DNA of 64,000 bases from an uncultured Actinomycetes bacterium (GCA_963722715.1 CAVROA010000004.1:15951-79950); one strand, 5' to 3'; shown: positions 31,197-41,360, numbered from the stretch's first letter. Made by a program: numbers and translations. The notes: generated by a model from the sequence alone, not told the origin.

Positions 31197-31621
31197 TGCT
31201 GCTCCCACGAAAGACGAAGTTCCGAAAGCAGCACCGTGGCCGCCGCCGTGGCTTTGCCAAGGGCCAGCAGCAGGTGAACTTCGGCGACTTCGGACTGAAG
31301 TCGCTCGAGACCGCCTGGGTGACCAATCGCCAGGTCGAAGCGGCGCGTATCGCCATGACCAGGAAGATCAAGCGGGGCGGCAAGGTCTGGATCAACATCT
31401 TCCCGGACAAGCCGGTCACGCAGAAGCCCGCCGAAACACGCATGGGCTCCGGGAAGGGATCGCCCGAGCACTGGGTGGCAGTCGTCAAGCCCGGTCGTGT
31501 CATGTTCGAGCTCGCGGGCGTCCCCGAGGATCTCGCGCGCGAGGCGATGCGCCTCGCCAGCATGAAGTTGCCGGTCAAGACGAGGTTCGTAAAACGGGAG
31601 GCTGATCTCTTTGAGGGCTAG
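31196..31621 (+). CDS. rplP: 50S ribosomal protein uL16
   Basis: [37 protein letters not shown]. Confidence 0.95.
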   Translation: MLLPRKTKFRKQHRGRRRGFAKGQQQVNFGDFGLKSLETAWVTNRQVEAARIAMTRKIKRGGKVWINIFPDKPVTQKPAETRMGSGKGSPEHWVAVVKPGRVMFELAGVPEDLAREAMRLASMKLPVKTRFVKREADLFEG

Positions 31622-31814
31622 AGAGCTACGTGAGCTCAGCGACGAGGAGCTCGGCAAGCGCCTGGCGGAGAGCCGTGAGGAGCTTTTCAACCTCCGCTTT
31701 CAGGCGGCGACCGGAGCGCTCGAAAACAGCGCGCGGCTGAACCTGACCAAACGCGACATCGCCCGGATCCTGACCATTCAGGCGCAGCGGGAAAACACTC
31801 TGGAGAGAAGGTAA
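31611..31814 (+). CDS. rpmC: 50S ribosomal protein uL29
   Basis: TTG start. [11 protein letters not shown]...ELFNLRFQ. Confidence 0.9.
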   Translation: MRARELRELSDEELGKRLAESREELFNLRFQAATGALENSARLNLTKRDIARILTIQAQRENTLERR

Positions 31815-32783
31815 ATGGCACCACCAAGAAAGAAGGCAGAAGAGAAGGAGCCGAAGCCCAAGGCGACCAAGGCGAAGGCCACCAAGCCGAAGGCCAAGGC
31901 AAAGCCGAAGGTCGAGAAGGCGGCAGTCGAGCCGCAGGCCGGGGCCGAAGCCACCGAGGAGCTCGTCTCCGAGCAGACACCCGAGCCGGCGCCGACCGAG
32001 GAGGCCGCGAACGAGGAGCCCGTGACCGCACCGGAGCCCGAGGCGGCCGCGGACGAGCCTGCCGCAGAAGAGCCTGCTCCCGAGGAGCCGGTCGCGGACG
32101 AGCCTGCCGCGGAGGAAGCGGCGCCCGAGCCCGCGGCGGAAGCGCCCGCCGAGGAGCCTGAGGCCGAGGTCGTCGAGGAGCCGGTCGCAGAAGAGACAGC
32201 GCCGGAACCGGAAGCGGAGCCCGCCGCCGAGGAGGCCGCAGCGGAGCAAGCAGCGCCCGAGCCCGAGGCTGCCGAGCCCGTAGCCGAGGAGCCTGCCGTC
32301 GAAGAGGCAGCGCCGGAAGCCGCGCCCGCCGCCCGCCGCCGAAGAGCCGAGCCGAGCCGGCGCGAGCCCGCGGCGGAGGTGGCTGCACCCCCGGTCGAGC
32401 CCGCCAAGCCGAAGACTCCCCGCCGCCCCAAAGCCGAGCGAACGGCCCGTACGCGGTCGAGGAAGGCCCGCGCCCGCGCGAGAAAGCCTTCCGAGCGCGG
32501 TCCGCTCGTTCGCTTGCCGAAGCCCGAGCACTCGAGAGGGCAACGGAAGGAGCGGCGCGGGATCGTGGTCTCGAGCGCGATGGACAAGACGATCGTCGTC
32601 CGGGTCGACAGCGCCAAGCCGCATCCGCGCTACAAGAAGGTCGTTCGGCGCTCGCAGAAGATCCACGCGCACGACGAGCAGAACCAGGCGAACGTGGGCG
32701 ACGTGGTCCGCATCATCGAGACACGCCCGCTCTCCAAGACAAAGAACTGGCGTCTGGCCGAGGTCGTGGAACAGGCCCGGTGA
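31815..32783 (+). CDS. rpsQ: 30S ribosomal protein uS17 with about 240-aa N-terminal low-complexity extension
   Basis: Single 322-codon ORF whose ATG directly abuts the rpmC stop (TAAATG). The S17 core is the last 80 residues or so ([60 protein letters not shown]). Confidence 0.85.
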   Translation: MAPPRKKAEEKEPKPKATKAKATKPKAKAKPKVEKAAVEPQAGAEATEELVSEQTPEPAPTEEAANEEPVTAPEPEAAADEPAAEEPAPEEPVADEPAAEEAAPEPAAEAPAEEPEAEVVEEPVAEETAPEPEAEPAAEEAAAEQAAPEPEAAEPVAEEPAVEEAAPEAAPAARRRRAEPSRREPAAEVAAPPVEPAKPKTPRRPKAERTARTRSRKARARARKPSERGPLVRLPKPEHSRGQRKERRGIVVSSAMDKTIVVRVDSAKPHPRYKKVVRRSQKIHAHDEQNQANVGDVVRIIETRPLSKTKNWRLAEVVEQAR

Positions 32784-32793
32784 TCGACCTCCG

Positions 32794-33162
32794 ATGATCC
32801 AGCAGGAATCGAGACTTCGCGTCGCGGACAACACGGGAGCCAGGTCGCTCCTCTGCATCCGCGTGCTCGGCGGGTCGCATCGCCGCTACGCGCGGGTCGG
32901 CGACATCATCGTCGGAACCGTGAAGGTGGCGACCCCCCAGGGCACCGTGAAGAAGGGCGAGGTCGTGAAGGCGGTCGTCGTCCGAACGAAGAAGCCCTTC
33001 GGGCGGGACGACGGCACCTCGATCGCGTTCGACGAGAACGCGGCCGTGATCATCGATGCTGCGAACAACCCGCGCGGCACCCGCATCTTCGGGCCCGTCG
33101 CGCGCGAGCTCAGGGAGAAGAACTTCATGAAGATCGTCTCACTCGCGCCGGAGGTCCTCTAG
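32794..33162 (+). CDS. rplN: 50S ribosomal protein uL14
   Basis: [26 protein letters not shown]. Confidence 0.97.
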   Translation: MIQQESRLRVADNTGARSLLCIRVLGGSHRRYARVGDIIVGTVKVATPQGTVKKGEVVKAVVVRTKKPFGRDDGTSIAFDENAAVIIDAANNPRGTRIFGPVARELREKNFMKIVSLAPEVL

Positions 33163-33536
33163 TGGCTGCCGCGCTGAAGATCCGAAAGGGAGACGTCGTT
33201 CAGGTCATCTCCGGCAAGGACCGCGGCAAGCAGGGGCGCATCCTCGAGGCGCACCCCACCGAGGGCCGCGTGATCGTCGAGAACCTGAACATGGTCAAGA
33301 AGCACCGGCGGGCACGTCCGATGAAGGACTCGAGCCGGATGGGTCAGCAACAGGTGCAGCCGGGGGGCGTGTTCGACCTCGCGGCGCCCATCGACATCTC
33401 GAACGTGATGATCGTGTGCCCGACGTGCAACCGCGCCTCGCGTGTCGGCTACGAGTTCCGCGACGACGGGAAGGGCGGCCGGATCAAGGTGCGGGTCTGT
33501 AAGCGCGCCGACTGCGGGCAGGTGCTGGATCGATGA
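33162..33536 (+). CDS. rplX: 50S ribosomal protein uL24 (carries CxxC...Cx4C)
   Basis: KOW motif [23 protein letters not shown]-terminal part [13 protein letters not shown]...VCKRADCG. Confidence 0.93.
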   Translation: MAAALKIRKGDVVQVISGKDRGKQGRILEAHPTEGRVIVENLNMVKKHRRARPMKDSSRMGQQQVQPGGVFDLAAPIDISNVMIVCPTCNRASRVGYEFRDDGKGGRIKVRVCKRADCGQVLDR

Positions 33537-34105
33537 CCTCGACTGCGACCGAGACTCCGACCCCTCGCCTCAAGGACCGGTACGACGCCGAGATCCGCGA
33601 GCGCCTCAAGGAGCAATTCGAGTACCGCTCGATCATGGAGGTCCCGCGGGTCTTGAAGATCACCGTGAACATGGGCGTCGGCGAGGCGAAGACGAACGCC
33701 AAGGCGCTCGACAACGCCGTCGAGGAGCTGACGACGATCACGGGCCAGCGGGCGCAGATCCGCCGGGCCCGGAAGTCGATCGCCGGTTTCAAGATCCGAG
33801 AAGGTATGCCGATCGGCGCCAGGGTCACGCTCCGTGGCGCTCGCATGTACGAGTTCCTCGACCGCCTTGTCTCGATCGCGCTCCCGCGCATTCGCGACTT
33901 TCGCGGGCTCTCGGCCCAGAGCTTCGACGGTCGCGGCAACTTCTCGCTTGGCGTCCGCGAGCAGATCATCTTTCCGGAGATCGACTACGACGACATCGAC
34001 AGCGTCCGGGGCCTCGACGTGGCCATCACCACGACGGCCAAGACGGACGAAGAGGGGTTGGCGCTCCTGCGGGAGCTCGGCCTGCCCTTCCGAGCAGAAA
34101 GCTAG
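33533..34105 (+). CDS. rplE: 50S ribosomal protein uL5
   Basis: [37 protein letters not shown]. Confidence 0.95.
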   Translation: MTSTATETPTPRLKDRYDAEIRERLKEQFEYRSIMEVPRVLKITVNMGVGEAKTNAKALDNAVEELTTITGQRAQIRRARKSIAGFKIREGMPIGARVTLRGARMYEFLDRLVSIALPRIRDFRGLSAQSFDGRGNFSLGVREQIIFPEIDYDDIDSVRGLDVAITTTAKTDEEGLALLRELGLPFRAES

Positions 34106-34118
34106 GAGGACCTACTGC

Positions 34119-34304
34119 ATGGCTAAGAAGAGCTTGATCGCGAAGGCGGCGCGGCCACAGAAGTTCAAGACGCGCCAGTACTCACGCTGCAACCGCTGCG
34201 GACGGCCACGGGCCGTCTACAAGCGCTTCGGCCTCTGCCGCATCTGCCTCCGCGAGCTGGCGCACGAGGGAGCCATTCCGGGCATGACGAAGGCGAGTTG
34301 GTGA
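34119..34304 (+). CDS. rpsN: 30S ribosomal protein uS14, short Zn-binding (type Z) form
   Basis: 61 aa. [10 protein letters not shown]...[23 protein letters not shown]...KASW. AGGAGGA SD upstream. Confidence 0.93.
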   Translation: MAKKSLIAKAARPQKFKTRQYSRCNRCGRPRAVYKRFGLCRICLRELAHEGAIPGMTKASW

Positions 34305-34310
34305 GACCAG

Positions 34311-34706
34311 ATGCTGACTGATCCAGTTGCCGACATGCTCACCCGGATCCGGAACGCCAACAAGGCGCTCCAGGAGACCGTATCCATGCCCACGTCGAAC
34401 CTGAAGACGGAGCTCGCCCGCATCCTGAAAGAGGAGGGGTACATCCGCGACTACAGGATCGAGCAGGGCGAGTCCTTCGATACCCTTGTCGTCGAGCTCA
34501 AGTTCGGGCAGAACCGCGAGCGGGTCATCACCGACCTGAAGCGCGTCTCGAAGCCTGGGCGCCGGATCTATGCGAAGAAGGAGCGCCTCCCGCGCGTCCT
34601 CGGCGGCATGGGCACGGCTGTCATCTCCACCTCCGGCGGGCTCGTCACCAGCAAGCGGGCGCAGGAGCTGGGCGTCGGTGGAGAAGTGGTCTGTTTCGTC
34701 TGGTGA
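34311..34706 (+). CDS. rpsH: 30S ribosomal protein uS8
   Basis: [16 protein letters not shown]. Ends GGEVVCFVW. Confidence 0.95.
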   Translation: MLTDPVADMLTRIRNANKALQETVSMPTSNLKTELARILKEEGYIRDYRIEQGESFDTLVVELKFGQNRERVITDLKRVSKPGRRIYAKKERLPRVLGGMGTAVISTSGGLVTSKRAQELGVGGEVVCFVW

Positions 34707-34726
34707 GGCGAGAAACGAAGGTCTAA

Positions 34727-35260
34727 ATGAGCAGAATCGGTAAGAGCCCAATCCCACTTCCTTCCGGCGTCAACGTCTCGATCTCCCCTGGCCGCGTGAT
34801 GGTGAACGGCCCTCTCGGCGAGCTCACGCAGCAGCTGCCGCAGCGGATCGCGGTCGAGCAGCAGGAAGACCAGATCGTCGTCACGCGTCCAACGGAGCGG
34901 GGCCAGGACCGCGCTCTGCACGGGTTGACGCGGTCGCTCGTCGCGAACATGGTCGAGGGTGTCACCAAGGGATTCGAGAAGACGCTCGAGATCCAGGGCG
35001 TCGGCTACCGGGCCTCGCTCCGCGGGACGAGCCTCGAGCTGAACGTGGGCTTCTCGCACGCTGTCTCGATCAACCCGCCGCAGGGAATCACGTTCGATGT
35101 CCCCCAGCCCACGGTCGTAATCGTCAAAGGGATCGACAAGCAGCAGGTCGGCCAGATCGCATCGGAAATCCGTCGCGTGCGCCCGCCGGAGCCCTACAAG
35201 GGCAAGGGCATCCGCTACCAGGGCGAGTACGTCGCCCGCAAGCTCGGGAAGCGCGCCTAA
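34727..35260 (+). CDS. rplF: 50S ribosomal protein uL6
   Basis: [27 protein letters not shown]. Confidence 0.95.
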   Translation: MSRIGKSPIPLPSGVNVSISPGRVMVNGPLGELTQQLPQRIAVEQQEDQIVVTRPTERGQDRALHGLTRSLVANMVEGVTKGFEKTLEIQGVGYRASLRGTSLELNVGFSHAVSINPPQGITFDVPQPTVVIVKGIDKQQVGQIASEIRRVRPPEPYKGKGIRYQGEYVARKLGKRA

Positions 35261-35616
35261 TGGCGACGCTGACGACACGTGCGGCCCGCGAGCGCCGCCA
35301 CAAGCGGGTCCGCAGCCGGGTCTCGGGCTCCAAGGAGCGCCCGCGCCTCGTGGTCTTTCGCTCCAACAAGGGCATCGAGGCCCAGCTCGTCGACGACCTG
35401 AGCGGGAAGACGATCGCGGGCGCCAACCACCTGGGGGTCAAGAAGTCGTTCAAGGGCTCGAAGACCGAGCAGGCGGCGGAGGTGGGCAAGCTGCTCGCGC
35501 AGGCCGCGAAGAAGGCCGGTGTCGAGACAGTGGTCTTCGACCGCGGCGGCTACCTCTACCACGGACGCGTCAAGGCGCTCGCCGAGGGCGCGCGCGAAGG
35601 AGGACTGGTTTTCTAG
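35260..35616 (+). CDS. rplR: 50S ribosomal protein uL18
   Basis: [59 protein letters not shown]. Confidence 0.95.
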   Translation: MATLTTRAARERRHKRVRSRVSGSKERPRLVVFRSNKGIEAQLVDDLSGKTIAGANHLGVKKSFKGSKTEQAAEVGKLLAQAAKKAGVETVVFDRGGYLYHGRVKALAEGAREGGLVF

Positions 35617-36287
35617 TGGCAGTTGACGTACAGCAGGTGCGCCAGCGCGAGATCGAGTCGCGTGAGCTCAAAGAGCGCGTCGTCGAGATCAACCGCGTCG
35701 CAAAGGTCGTCAAGGGAGGCCGTCGCTTTTCCTTCACGGCGCTCGTCGTGATCGGGGACGAGGTCGACCGCGTCGGCGTGGGCTACGGCAAGGCGCGTGA
35801 GGTGCCGCTGGCCATCTCGAAGGCAGTGGACGACGCGAAGAAGAACCTCTTCCAGGTGCCGAAGAAGGGGCAGACGATCACCCACGAGGTCGTGGGCAGG
35901 TTCGCCGCCGCCCGGGTCGTGCTCCGGCCTGCGAGCGAGGGAACCGGCGTCATCGCCGGCGGAGGGGTCCGTGCCGTTCTCGAGCTGGGCGGGATTCGGG
36001 ACATTCTCGCGAAGAGCCTGGGTACGCCGAATCCGATCAATGTGCTGAAGGCGACCGTGGACGGCCTGCAGCAGCTCCGGCGACCGGAAGAGGTCGCCGC
36101 GGCGCGTGGGTTGACCGTCCAGCAGGTGCTCTTCCCGCGCAAGCAAAAGCAGGATGCCGAGAGCACACCGGTTGAAGTCCAGGAGCCCCCACAGGCGCCG
36201 GCCGCCGAGCAGGCAGAGCCCGAGACGACGGAAACCACGGAGACGACGGAGACGAGTGGCGAAGCTGAAGATCACCCAGGTTCGTAG
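35616..36287 (+). CDS. rpsE: 30S ribosomal protein uS5 with acidic Thr/Glu C-terminal tail
   Basis: [35 protein letters not shown]. Tail ...[22 protein letters not shown] overlaps the rpmD start. Confidence 0.93.
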   Translation: MAVDVQQVRQREIESRELKERVVEINRVAKVVKGGRRFSFTALVVIGDEVDRVGVGYGKAREVPLAISKAVDDAKKNLFQVPKKGQTITHEVVGRFAAARVVLRPASEGTGVIAGGGVRAVLELGGIRDILAKSLGTPNPINVLKATVDGLQQLRRPEEVAAARGLTVQQVLFPRKQKQDAESTPVEVQEPPQAPAAEQAEPETTETTETTETSGEAEDHPGS

Positions 36288-36435
36288 CCAGATCGGCCAG
36301 AGCAAGAAGCACCGCGGCACGCTCCGCGCGCTCGGCCTGGGCAAGATCGGGCGCACGGTCGAGCATCCGGAGAGCCCGCAGACGCTCGGTATGCTCAGAA
36401 AAGTCCGCCACCTCGTGAGGATCGACGAAAGCTGA
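36256..36435 (+). CDS. rpmD: 50S ribosomal protein uL30
   Basis: GTG 36256 gives (M)[31 protein letters not shown], 59 aa. The upstream part of track ORF 36154..36435 is out-of-frame rpsE. Confidence 0.9.
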   Translation: MAKLKITQVRSQIGQSKKHRGTLRALGLGKIGRTVEHPESPQTLGMLRKVRHLVRIDES

Positions 36436-37112
36436 TGCCGCCTAAGACCCCCGAAGAACGAGAGCTCTCGCTCTCGAACCTGAAGCCGGCCCAGAAGCGG
36501 CAGCGGCGCAAGCGCGTCGGCCGCGGCCTGGCTTCCGGGAAGGGGCGTTACTCCGGTCGCGGGATCAAGGGGCAGAAGTCCCGTGCAGGCTCGCACTCGA
36601 TGCGACCCGGCTTCGAAGGGGGTCAGATGCCGCTCTACATGCGGCTCGGAAAGCAGCGCGGCTCCACGTCGAAGGACGCCATGCCGGTCGGCCCCCATCG
36701 GACGCACACGATTCCCGTCAATCTCGCCGACCTCGAGCGGGTCTTCGACGACGGCGCCGAGGTAACACTCGAGGCCCTACTCGACAAGCGCCTGATTCGA
36801 AACACCCGTACTGACGTCAAGATTCTCGGAAACGGCGAGCTGAAGAAGAAGCTGACCGTGACCGCGCACCGGTTCTCGAAGACGGCCGCAGAGAAGATCG
36901 AAGCCGCCGGCGGCACCGCCACCGCGCTGCGCCCTCCGCGCGAGGTGAAGCGGCGGGCGCCGAAGAAGCTGAAGCCCGAGGAGCCGGCCGACGAGGTTGA
37001 CACGCCTGCCGCCGACGAGCCGGCCGCAGCCGAAACGGAGCCGGCGGAGCCCGAGAATGCGGGCGCGCCCGAGGAGAACGGCGAGGCCGAGGCTCCCGAG
37101 AGCGAGGGCTAG
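36435..37112 (+). CDS. rplO: 50S ribosomal protein uL15 with about 70-aa acidic C-terminal extension
   Basis: LSNLKPA, GRGLASGKGRYSGRGIKGQKSR, FEGGQMPLYMRLGK. TGATG overlap with rpmD. Confidence 0.93.
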   Translation: MPPKTPEERELSLSNLKPAQKRQRRKRVGRGLASGKGRYSGRGIKGQKSRAGSHSMRPGFEGGQMPLYMRLGKQRGSTSKDAMPVGPHRTHTIPVNLADLERVFDDGAEVTLEALLDKRLIRNTRTDVKILGNGELKKKLTVTAHRFSKTAAEKIEAAGGTATALRPPREVKRRAPKKLKPEEPADEVDTPAADEPAAAETEPAEPENAGAPEENGEAEAPESEG

Positions 37113-37118
37113 CCCGGA

Positions 37119-38372
37119 ATGTTCTCCTGGCTGACAAACGCATGGCGCGTCCCGGAGCTGCGCCACAGGGTCATCTTCACTGCGATGATCCTCTTCTTCT
37201 ACCGGCTCGGGAGCTGGATTCCCGTCCCGGGCGTCGACTCGTCGAAGATCGAGGAGTACTTCAACAACCAAGGCGGCACGATCCTCGGCCTCCTGAACAT
37301 CTTCTCGGGCGGGGCGCTCTCCCAGTTCGCGCTCTTCGCGCTCGGGATCATGCCCTACGTCACGGCCTCGATCATCCTCCAGCTGATGACCGTGGTGATC
37401 CCGCGCCTCGAGCAGCTACAGAAGGAGGGTGAGGCCGGGTACGCCAAGATCAACCAGTACACGCGCTACCTGACGGTCGTCCTCGCAGCGCTCCAGGCGG
37501 CGGGCTACTCGTACCTCTTCCAGCGCCAGGGCGCGCTCACGCTCACCCCGAGCCGCTTCGTCCTGATCCTCGTCTCGCTGACCGCGGCGACCACGCTGCT
37601 CATGTGGATGGGCGAGCTGATCACGAAGCGCGGAATCGGTAACGGGATCTCGCTTCTCATCTTCGCCTCGATCCTCTCGGGCCTTCCGGGAGGCATCCGC
37701 GCCTGGTACGAGGGGACACCGTTCGAGCAGCTCATGTTCCCGCTCCTCGCGCTCGCGATCATCCTGGCCGTCGTCTTCGTCCAGGAGGGCCAGCGCCGAA
37801 TTCCGATCCAGTACGCGAAGCGCATGGTCGGCCGCCGCATGACCACGGGAGGCGCGACCTACATGCCGCTGCGCGTCAACATGGCGGGCGTCATCCCGAT
37901 CATCTTCGCCGCGGCGATCATGGCGTTCCCGCCCACGATCGGCCAGTTCTTCCCACAGACGCAGACCTTCATCAACTCGAACTTCTCGCCCACCAGCCTG
38001 CCGTACCTGTTCCTGCAGGCCTTCCTGATCATCATCTTCACGTACTTCTATACGGCGGTCCAGTTCAACCCGGTCGACCAGGCGGACAACCTCCGCAAGC
38101 ATGGCGGCTACGTGCCCGGGATCAGGCCCGGCCCTCCGACCGCCCAGTATCTCGACCGCGTGCTGACCCGGTTGACCCTGCCCGGGGCGCTCTTCCTCGC
38201 ACTCGTCGCCACTCTGCCGACACTTTTCATCCGCTACGGGGGGTTCTCGCAGGCGACCTCGGCGGCCCTCGGTGGCACGTCGATCCTCATCGTGGTGGGC
38301 GTCGCGCTCGACACCATGCGCCAAATGGAGTCGCAGATGATGATGCGCCACTACGAAGGCTTCCTGAAATAG
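37119..38372 (+). CDS. secY: Preprotein translocase subunit SecY
   Basis: 417 aa, multi-TM. GIMPYVTASIILQLMTVVIP, GTSILIVVGVALDTMRQMESQ. Confidence 0.97.
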   Translation: MFSWLTNAWRVPELRHRVIFTAMILFFYRLGSWIPVPGVDSSKIEEYFNNQGGTILGLLNIFSGGALSQFALFALGIMPYVTASIILQLMTVVIPRLEQLQKEGEAGYAKINQYTRYLTVVLAALQAAGYSYLFQRQGALTLTPSRFVLILVSLTAATTLLMWMGELITKRGIGNGISLLIFASILSGLPGGIRAWYEGTPFEQLMFPLLALAIILAVVFVQEGQRRIPIQYAKRMVGRRMTTGGATYMPLRVNMAGVIPIIFAAAIMAFPPTIGQFFPQTQTFINSNFSPTSLPYLFLQAFLIIIFTYFYTAVQFNPVDQADNLRKHGGYVPGIRPGPPTAQYLDRVLTRLTLPGALFLALVATLPTLFIRYGGFSQATSAALGGTSILIVVGVALDTMRQMESQMMMRHYEGFLK

Positions 38373-38380
38373 GCTCCGGT

Positions 38381-38950
38381 ATGGGCCTCGACATCGTCAT
38401 CCTCGGTCCGCCCGGGGCCGGAAAAGGCACCCAGGCGAAGCTGATCGCCGACGAGCTCGGAATTCCGCACGTGGCCACGGGCGACATGCTGCGCGCCGCG
38501 ATCGCGAACGGCTCGCCGCTCGGAAGGCAGGTCCGAGAGATCGTTCTGGAAGGCCACCTCGTCCCCGACAACCTCATGATCGGGCTCGTCCGCGAGCGGC
38601 TCCTCGCCGACGACACAAAGGACGGGTTCGTGCTCGACGGCTTCCCGCGCACGCTTGCCCAGGCCGAGGGCCTCGATCGGATGCTCGAGGAGATCGACCG
38701 CGGCGACCTGTCGGTGGTCCTGAACTTCGAGCTTCCAGAGGAGGTTGCCGAGCAGCGGCTGCTCGACCGCCATCGGGACGACGACACGCCCGAGGTGATT
38801 CGCACGCGCCTTCGCGAGCAGTACGTCCCCGAGGATCTCGTCGAGTACTACCGAAGTCGTGGAAACCTCGTCGGGATCCACGCCGACCGCTCCGTCGCCG
38901 ATGTTTTCTCCGAGGTGCAGGACGTTCTGCAGACGGCTGGAGCACAATGA
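38381..38950 (+). CDS. adk: Adenylate kinase (short form, no Zn lid)
   Basis: ILGPPGAGKGTQA, GFVLDGFPRT. 189 aa. Confidence 0.95.
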   Translation: MGLDIVILGPPGAGKGTQAKLIADELGIPHVATGDMLRAAIANGSPLGRQVREIVLEGHLVPDNLMIGLVRERLLADDTKDGFVLDGFPRTLAQAEGLDRMLEEIDRGDLSVVLNFELPEEVAEQRLLDRHRDDDTPEVIRTRLREQYVPEDLVEYYRSRGNLVGIHADRSVADVFSEVQDVLQTAGAQ

Positions 38951-39723
38951 TCATCCGCAAGTCATCCGAGGAAATCGAGGCCATGGCCCGAGCCGGCGCT
39001 GTCGTCGCCGAGACCCTCGACGTCCTGAGAGAGCAGATACAGCCTGGGGTGACCACGCTCGAGCTCGACGCCGTCGCCGAGGAGTTCATCCGATCGCGCG
39101 GGGGCATCCCGACGTTCAAGGGCTACCGCGGCTTTCCGGGCTCGATCTGCACCTCTCCCAACACGATGGTGGTGCACGGGATCCCGGGCCCCTACCGGCT
39201 CGAGGATGGCGATGTGATCTCGGTCGACGTCGGCGTGACCCTCGACGGCTTCGTCGGGGACTCTGCCTTCACGTTCCCGGTGGGGGAGATCGACGCGGAC
39301 ACCCAGCGGCTGCTCGACGTCGGCCAGGCCGCGCTTGCGGCCGGGATCGAAGAGGCGCGCCCGGGCAATCACATCGGGCACATCTCGGCCGCCGTCCAGC
39401 GGGTTACCGAGGCGGCAGGCTTCTCAGTGGTCCGATCCCTGGTCGGACACGGCGTGGGCAGATCGATGCACGAGGAGCCGCAGATTCCGAACGTGGGGGA
39501 GCCCGGCCGGGGACCGAAGCTCGCAACCGGCATGACGCTTGCGATCGAGCCGATGATCAACGCCGGTGAAGCGGGCGTGTGGGTGGCCGACGATCACTGG
39601 TCGATTTACACCGACGACAAGTCCCTTTCGGCCCACTTCGAGCACACGGTCGCGGTCACGGACGATGGGCCCCGGATCCTGACCCAGCCACGGGTTCCGG
39701 CCACCGGGTCTTTGCTAAGATAG
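38947..39723 (+). CDS. map: Type I methionine aminopeptidase
   Basis: VVHGIPG, SVDVGVTLDGFVGD, GHGVGRSMHE, TLAIEPM, HFEHTV. Confidence 0.95.
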   Translation: MIIRKSSEEIEAMARAGAVVAETLDVLREQIQPGVTTLELDAVAEEFIRSRGGIPTFKGYRGFPGSICTSPNTMVVHGIPGPYRLEDGDVISVDVGVTLDGFVGDSAFTFPVGEIDADTQRLLDVGQAALAAGIEEARPGNHIGHISAAVQRVTEAAGFSVVRSLVGHGVGRSMHEEPQIPNVGEPGRGPKLATGMTLAIEPMINAGEAGVWVADDHWSIYTDDKSLSAHFEHTVAVTDDGPRILTQPRVPATGSLLR

Positions 39724-39774
39724 AGCGGTTTCGCGGCCGAGCCGGGTTTCACCCTGGCCGCCGCGGTAATCCCT

Positions 39775-39888
39775 ATGAAAGTCAGAGCTTCCGTCAAACC
39801 GATGTGCGACCGCTGCCGCGTGATCAAGCGGCACGGAAAAGTCCTGGTCATTTGCACGAACCCGCGGCACAAGCAGCGGCAAGGATAA
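39775..39888 (+). CDS. rpmJ: 50S ribosomal protein bL36 (Zn-binding form)
   Basis: 37-codon ORF not in the track. [37 protein letters not shown]. Confidence 0.93.
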   Translation: MKVRASVKPMCDRCRVIKRHGKVLVICTNPRHKQRQG

Positions 39889-39898
39889 GGAGAGAGAC

Positions 39899-40282
39899 TT
39901 GGCACGAATCGCAGGCGTCAACCTTCCACGCGAGAAGCGGCTCGAGGTCGGCCTGACCTACATCTACGGGATCGGTCCGTCCACCTCGCGGAAGATCGCC
40001 GCCGAGCTCGGCCTTTCGCCCGACACCAAGGTGCGCGACCTGACCGACGAGGAGATCACCAAGCTCCGCACGTATATCGACGACGGCGTCTCCGTCGAAG
40101 GCGACCTTCGCCGCGAGCGCTCGCAGAGCATCAAGCGGCTCCAGGAGATCGGCGCCTATCGCGGCGTTCGCCACCGGCGCGGCCTCCCCGTGAACGGCCA
40201 GCGCACGAAGACCAACGCCCGCACCCGCAAGGGCCCCAAGAAGACCGTGGGCCGCGGCAAGAAGGCCGTGGCGAAGACCTAG
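39899..40282 (+). CDS. rpsM: 30S ribosomal protein uS13
   Basis: TTG start after [48 protein letters not shown]. Confidence 0.95.
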   Translation: MARIAGVNLPREKRLEVGLTYIYGIGPSTSRKIAAELGLSPDTKVRDLTDEEITKLRTYIDDGVSVEGDLRRERSQSIKRLQEIGAYRGVRHRRGLPVNGQRTKTNARTRKGPKKTVGRGKKAVAKT

Positions 40283-40283
40283 C

Positions 40284-40688
40284 GTGGCGCCTCCTCGCCG
40301 ATCAGCGGCCAAGGGCCGAACGCGCCGTCGCGTCAAGAAGAACATCGCCATCGGTCAGGCGCACATCAAGACGTCGTTCAACAACACGATCGTGTCGCTG
40401 ACCGACAAGGACGGGAACGTGATCGCATGGGAGAGCGCCGGCTCGGCGGGCTTCAAGGGCTCGCGCAAGTCGACGCCGTTCGCCGCGCAGGTCACGGCCG
40501 ACTCGTGCGCGCGGAAGGGCATGGAGCACGGGCTCCAGAAGATCGAGGTCTTCGTGAAGGGACCGGGTTCGGGTCGTGAGACCGCGATTCGCTCGCTCCA
40601 GGCCGCAGGCCTCGAGGTGCTGGGCGTCCGCGACGTCTCGCCCCAGGCGCACAACGGCGTCCGCCAGAAGAAAAGGCGGAGGGTCTAA
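40284..40688 (+). CDS. rpsK: 30S ribosomal protein uS11
   Basis: [44 protein letters not shown]. Confidence 0.95.
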   Translation: MAPPRRSAAKGRTRRRVKKNIAIGQAHIKTSFNNTIVSLTDKDGNVIAWESAGSAGFKGSRKSTPFAAQVTADSCARKGMEHGLQKIEVFVKGPGSGRETAIRSLQAAGLEVLGVRDVSPQAHNGVRQKKRRRV

Positions 40689-41311
40689 TGGCCCGCGAGA
40701 ACCTCGGAACCAAGTGCCGCAACTGCCGGCGCGAAGGGCTCAAGCTCTTCCTGAAGGGCGAGCGCTGCCTGACCGAGAAGTGCTCGGTCGAGCGCCGGAG
40801 CTATCCGCCGGGGGAGCACGGCCGCGGGCGCATCAAGCAGTCCGAGTACCTGCTCCAGCTCCGCGAGAAGCAGAAGGCCCGCCGCTACTACGGGATTCTC
40901 GAGAAGCAGTTCCGCGGCTACTACAAGAAGGCGTCGCGGCGTTCAGGAATCACCGGCGAGGAGCTCCTGCGGATGCTCGAGACCAGGCTCGACAACGTGG
41001 TCTACCGGCTCGGGTTCGCCGCCTCCCGCGCACAGGCGAGGCAGCTGATCCGCCACGGGCACTTCCAGGTGAACGGCCGCCGGGTCAACATCCCGAGCTT
41101 CCAGGTGCGGCCCGACATGATCGTTGCGATGAAGGCGGGGAGCCCGGCAGAGCCGGTCATCCGCGACGCGACCGACCTGACGGCGTCGGTCTCACCGTGG
41201 CTCCAGGCCGACCACGACAACCTGACAGGCAAGATCCTGAAGCTTCCGGAGCGCGACGAGATCGACGCTCCGGTGCAAGAACAGCTCATCGTCGAGCTCT
41301 ATTCGAAGTAG
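40688..41311 (+). CDS. rpsD: 30S ribosomal protein uS4
   Basis: N-terminal Cys cluster [18 protein letters not shown]...C. S4 domain [31 protein letters not shown]. Confidence 0.95.
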   Translation: MARENLGTKCRNCRREGLKLFLKGERCLTEKCSVERRSYPPGEHGRGRIKQSEYLLQLREKQKARRYYGILEKQFRGYYKKASRRSGITGEELLRMLETRLDNVVYRLGFAASRAQARQLIRHGHFQVNGRRVNIPSFQVRPDMIVAMKAGSPAEPVIRDATDLTASVSPWLQADHDNLTGKILKLPERDEIDAPVQEQLIVELYSK

Positions 41312-41360
41312 GCGCGAGGCGTGCCTCGCCCATTCATCTGTAGGAGATAGGAAGGAACGC

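Noticed and set aside
31900-32350. A tandem DNA repeat or VNTR in the Pro/Glu/Ala region of rpsQ.
   Set aside because: The region is compositionally repetitive (GAGCC/GCCGC-rich), but I could not find a fixed repeat unit. It behaves as low-complexity coding sequence in one open frame.
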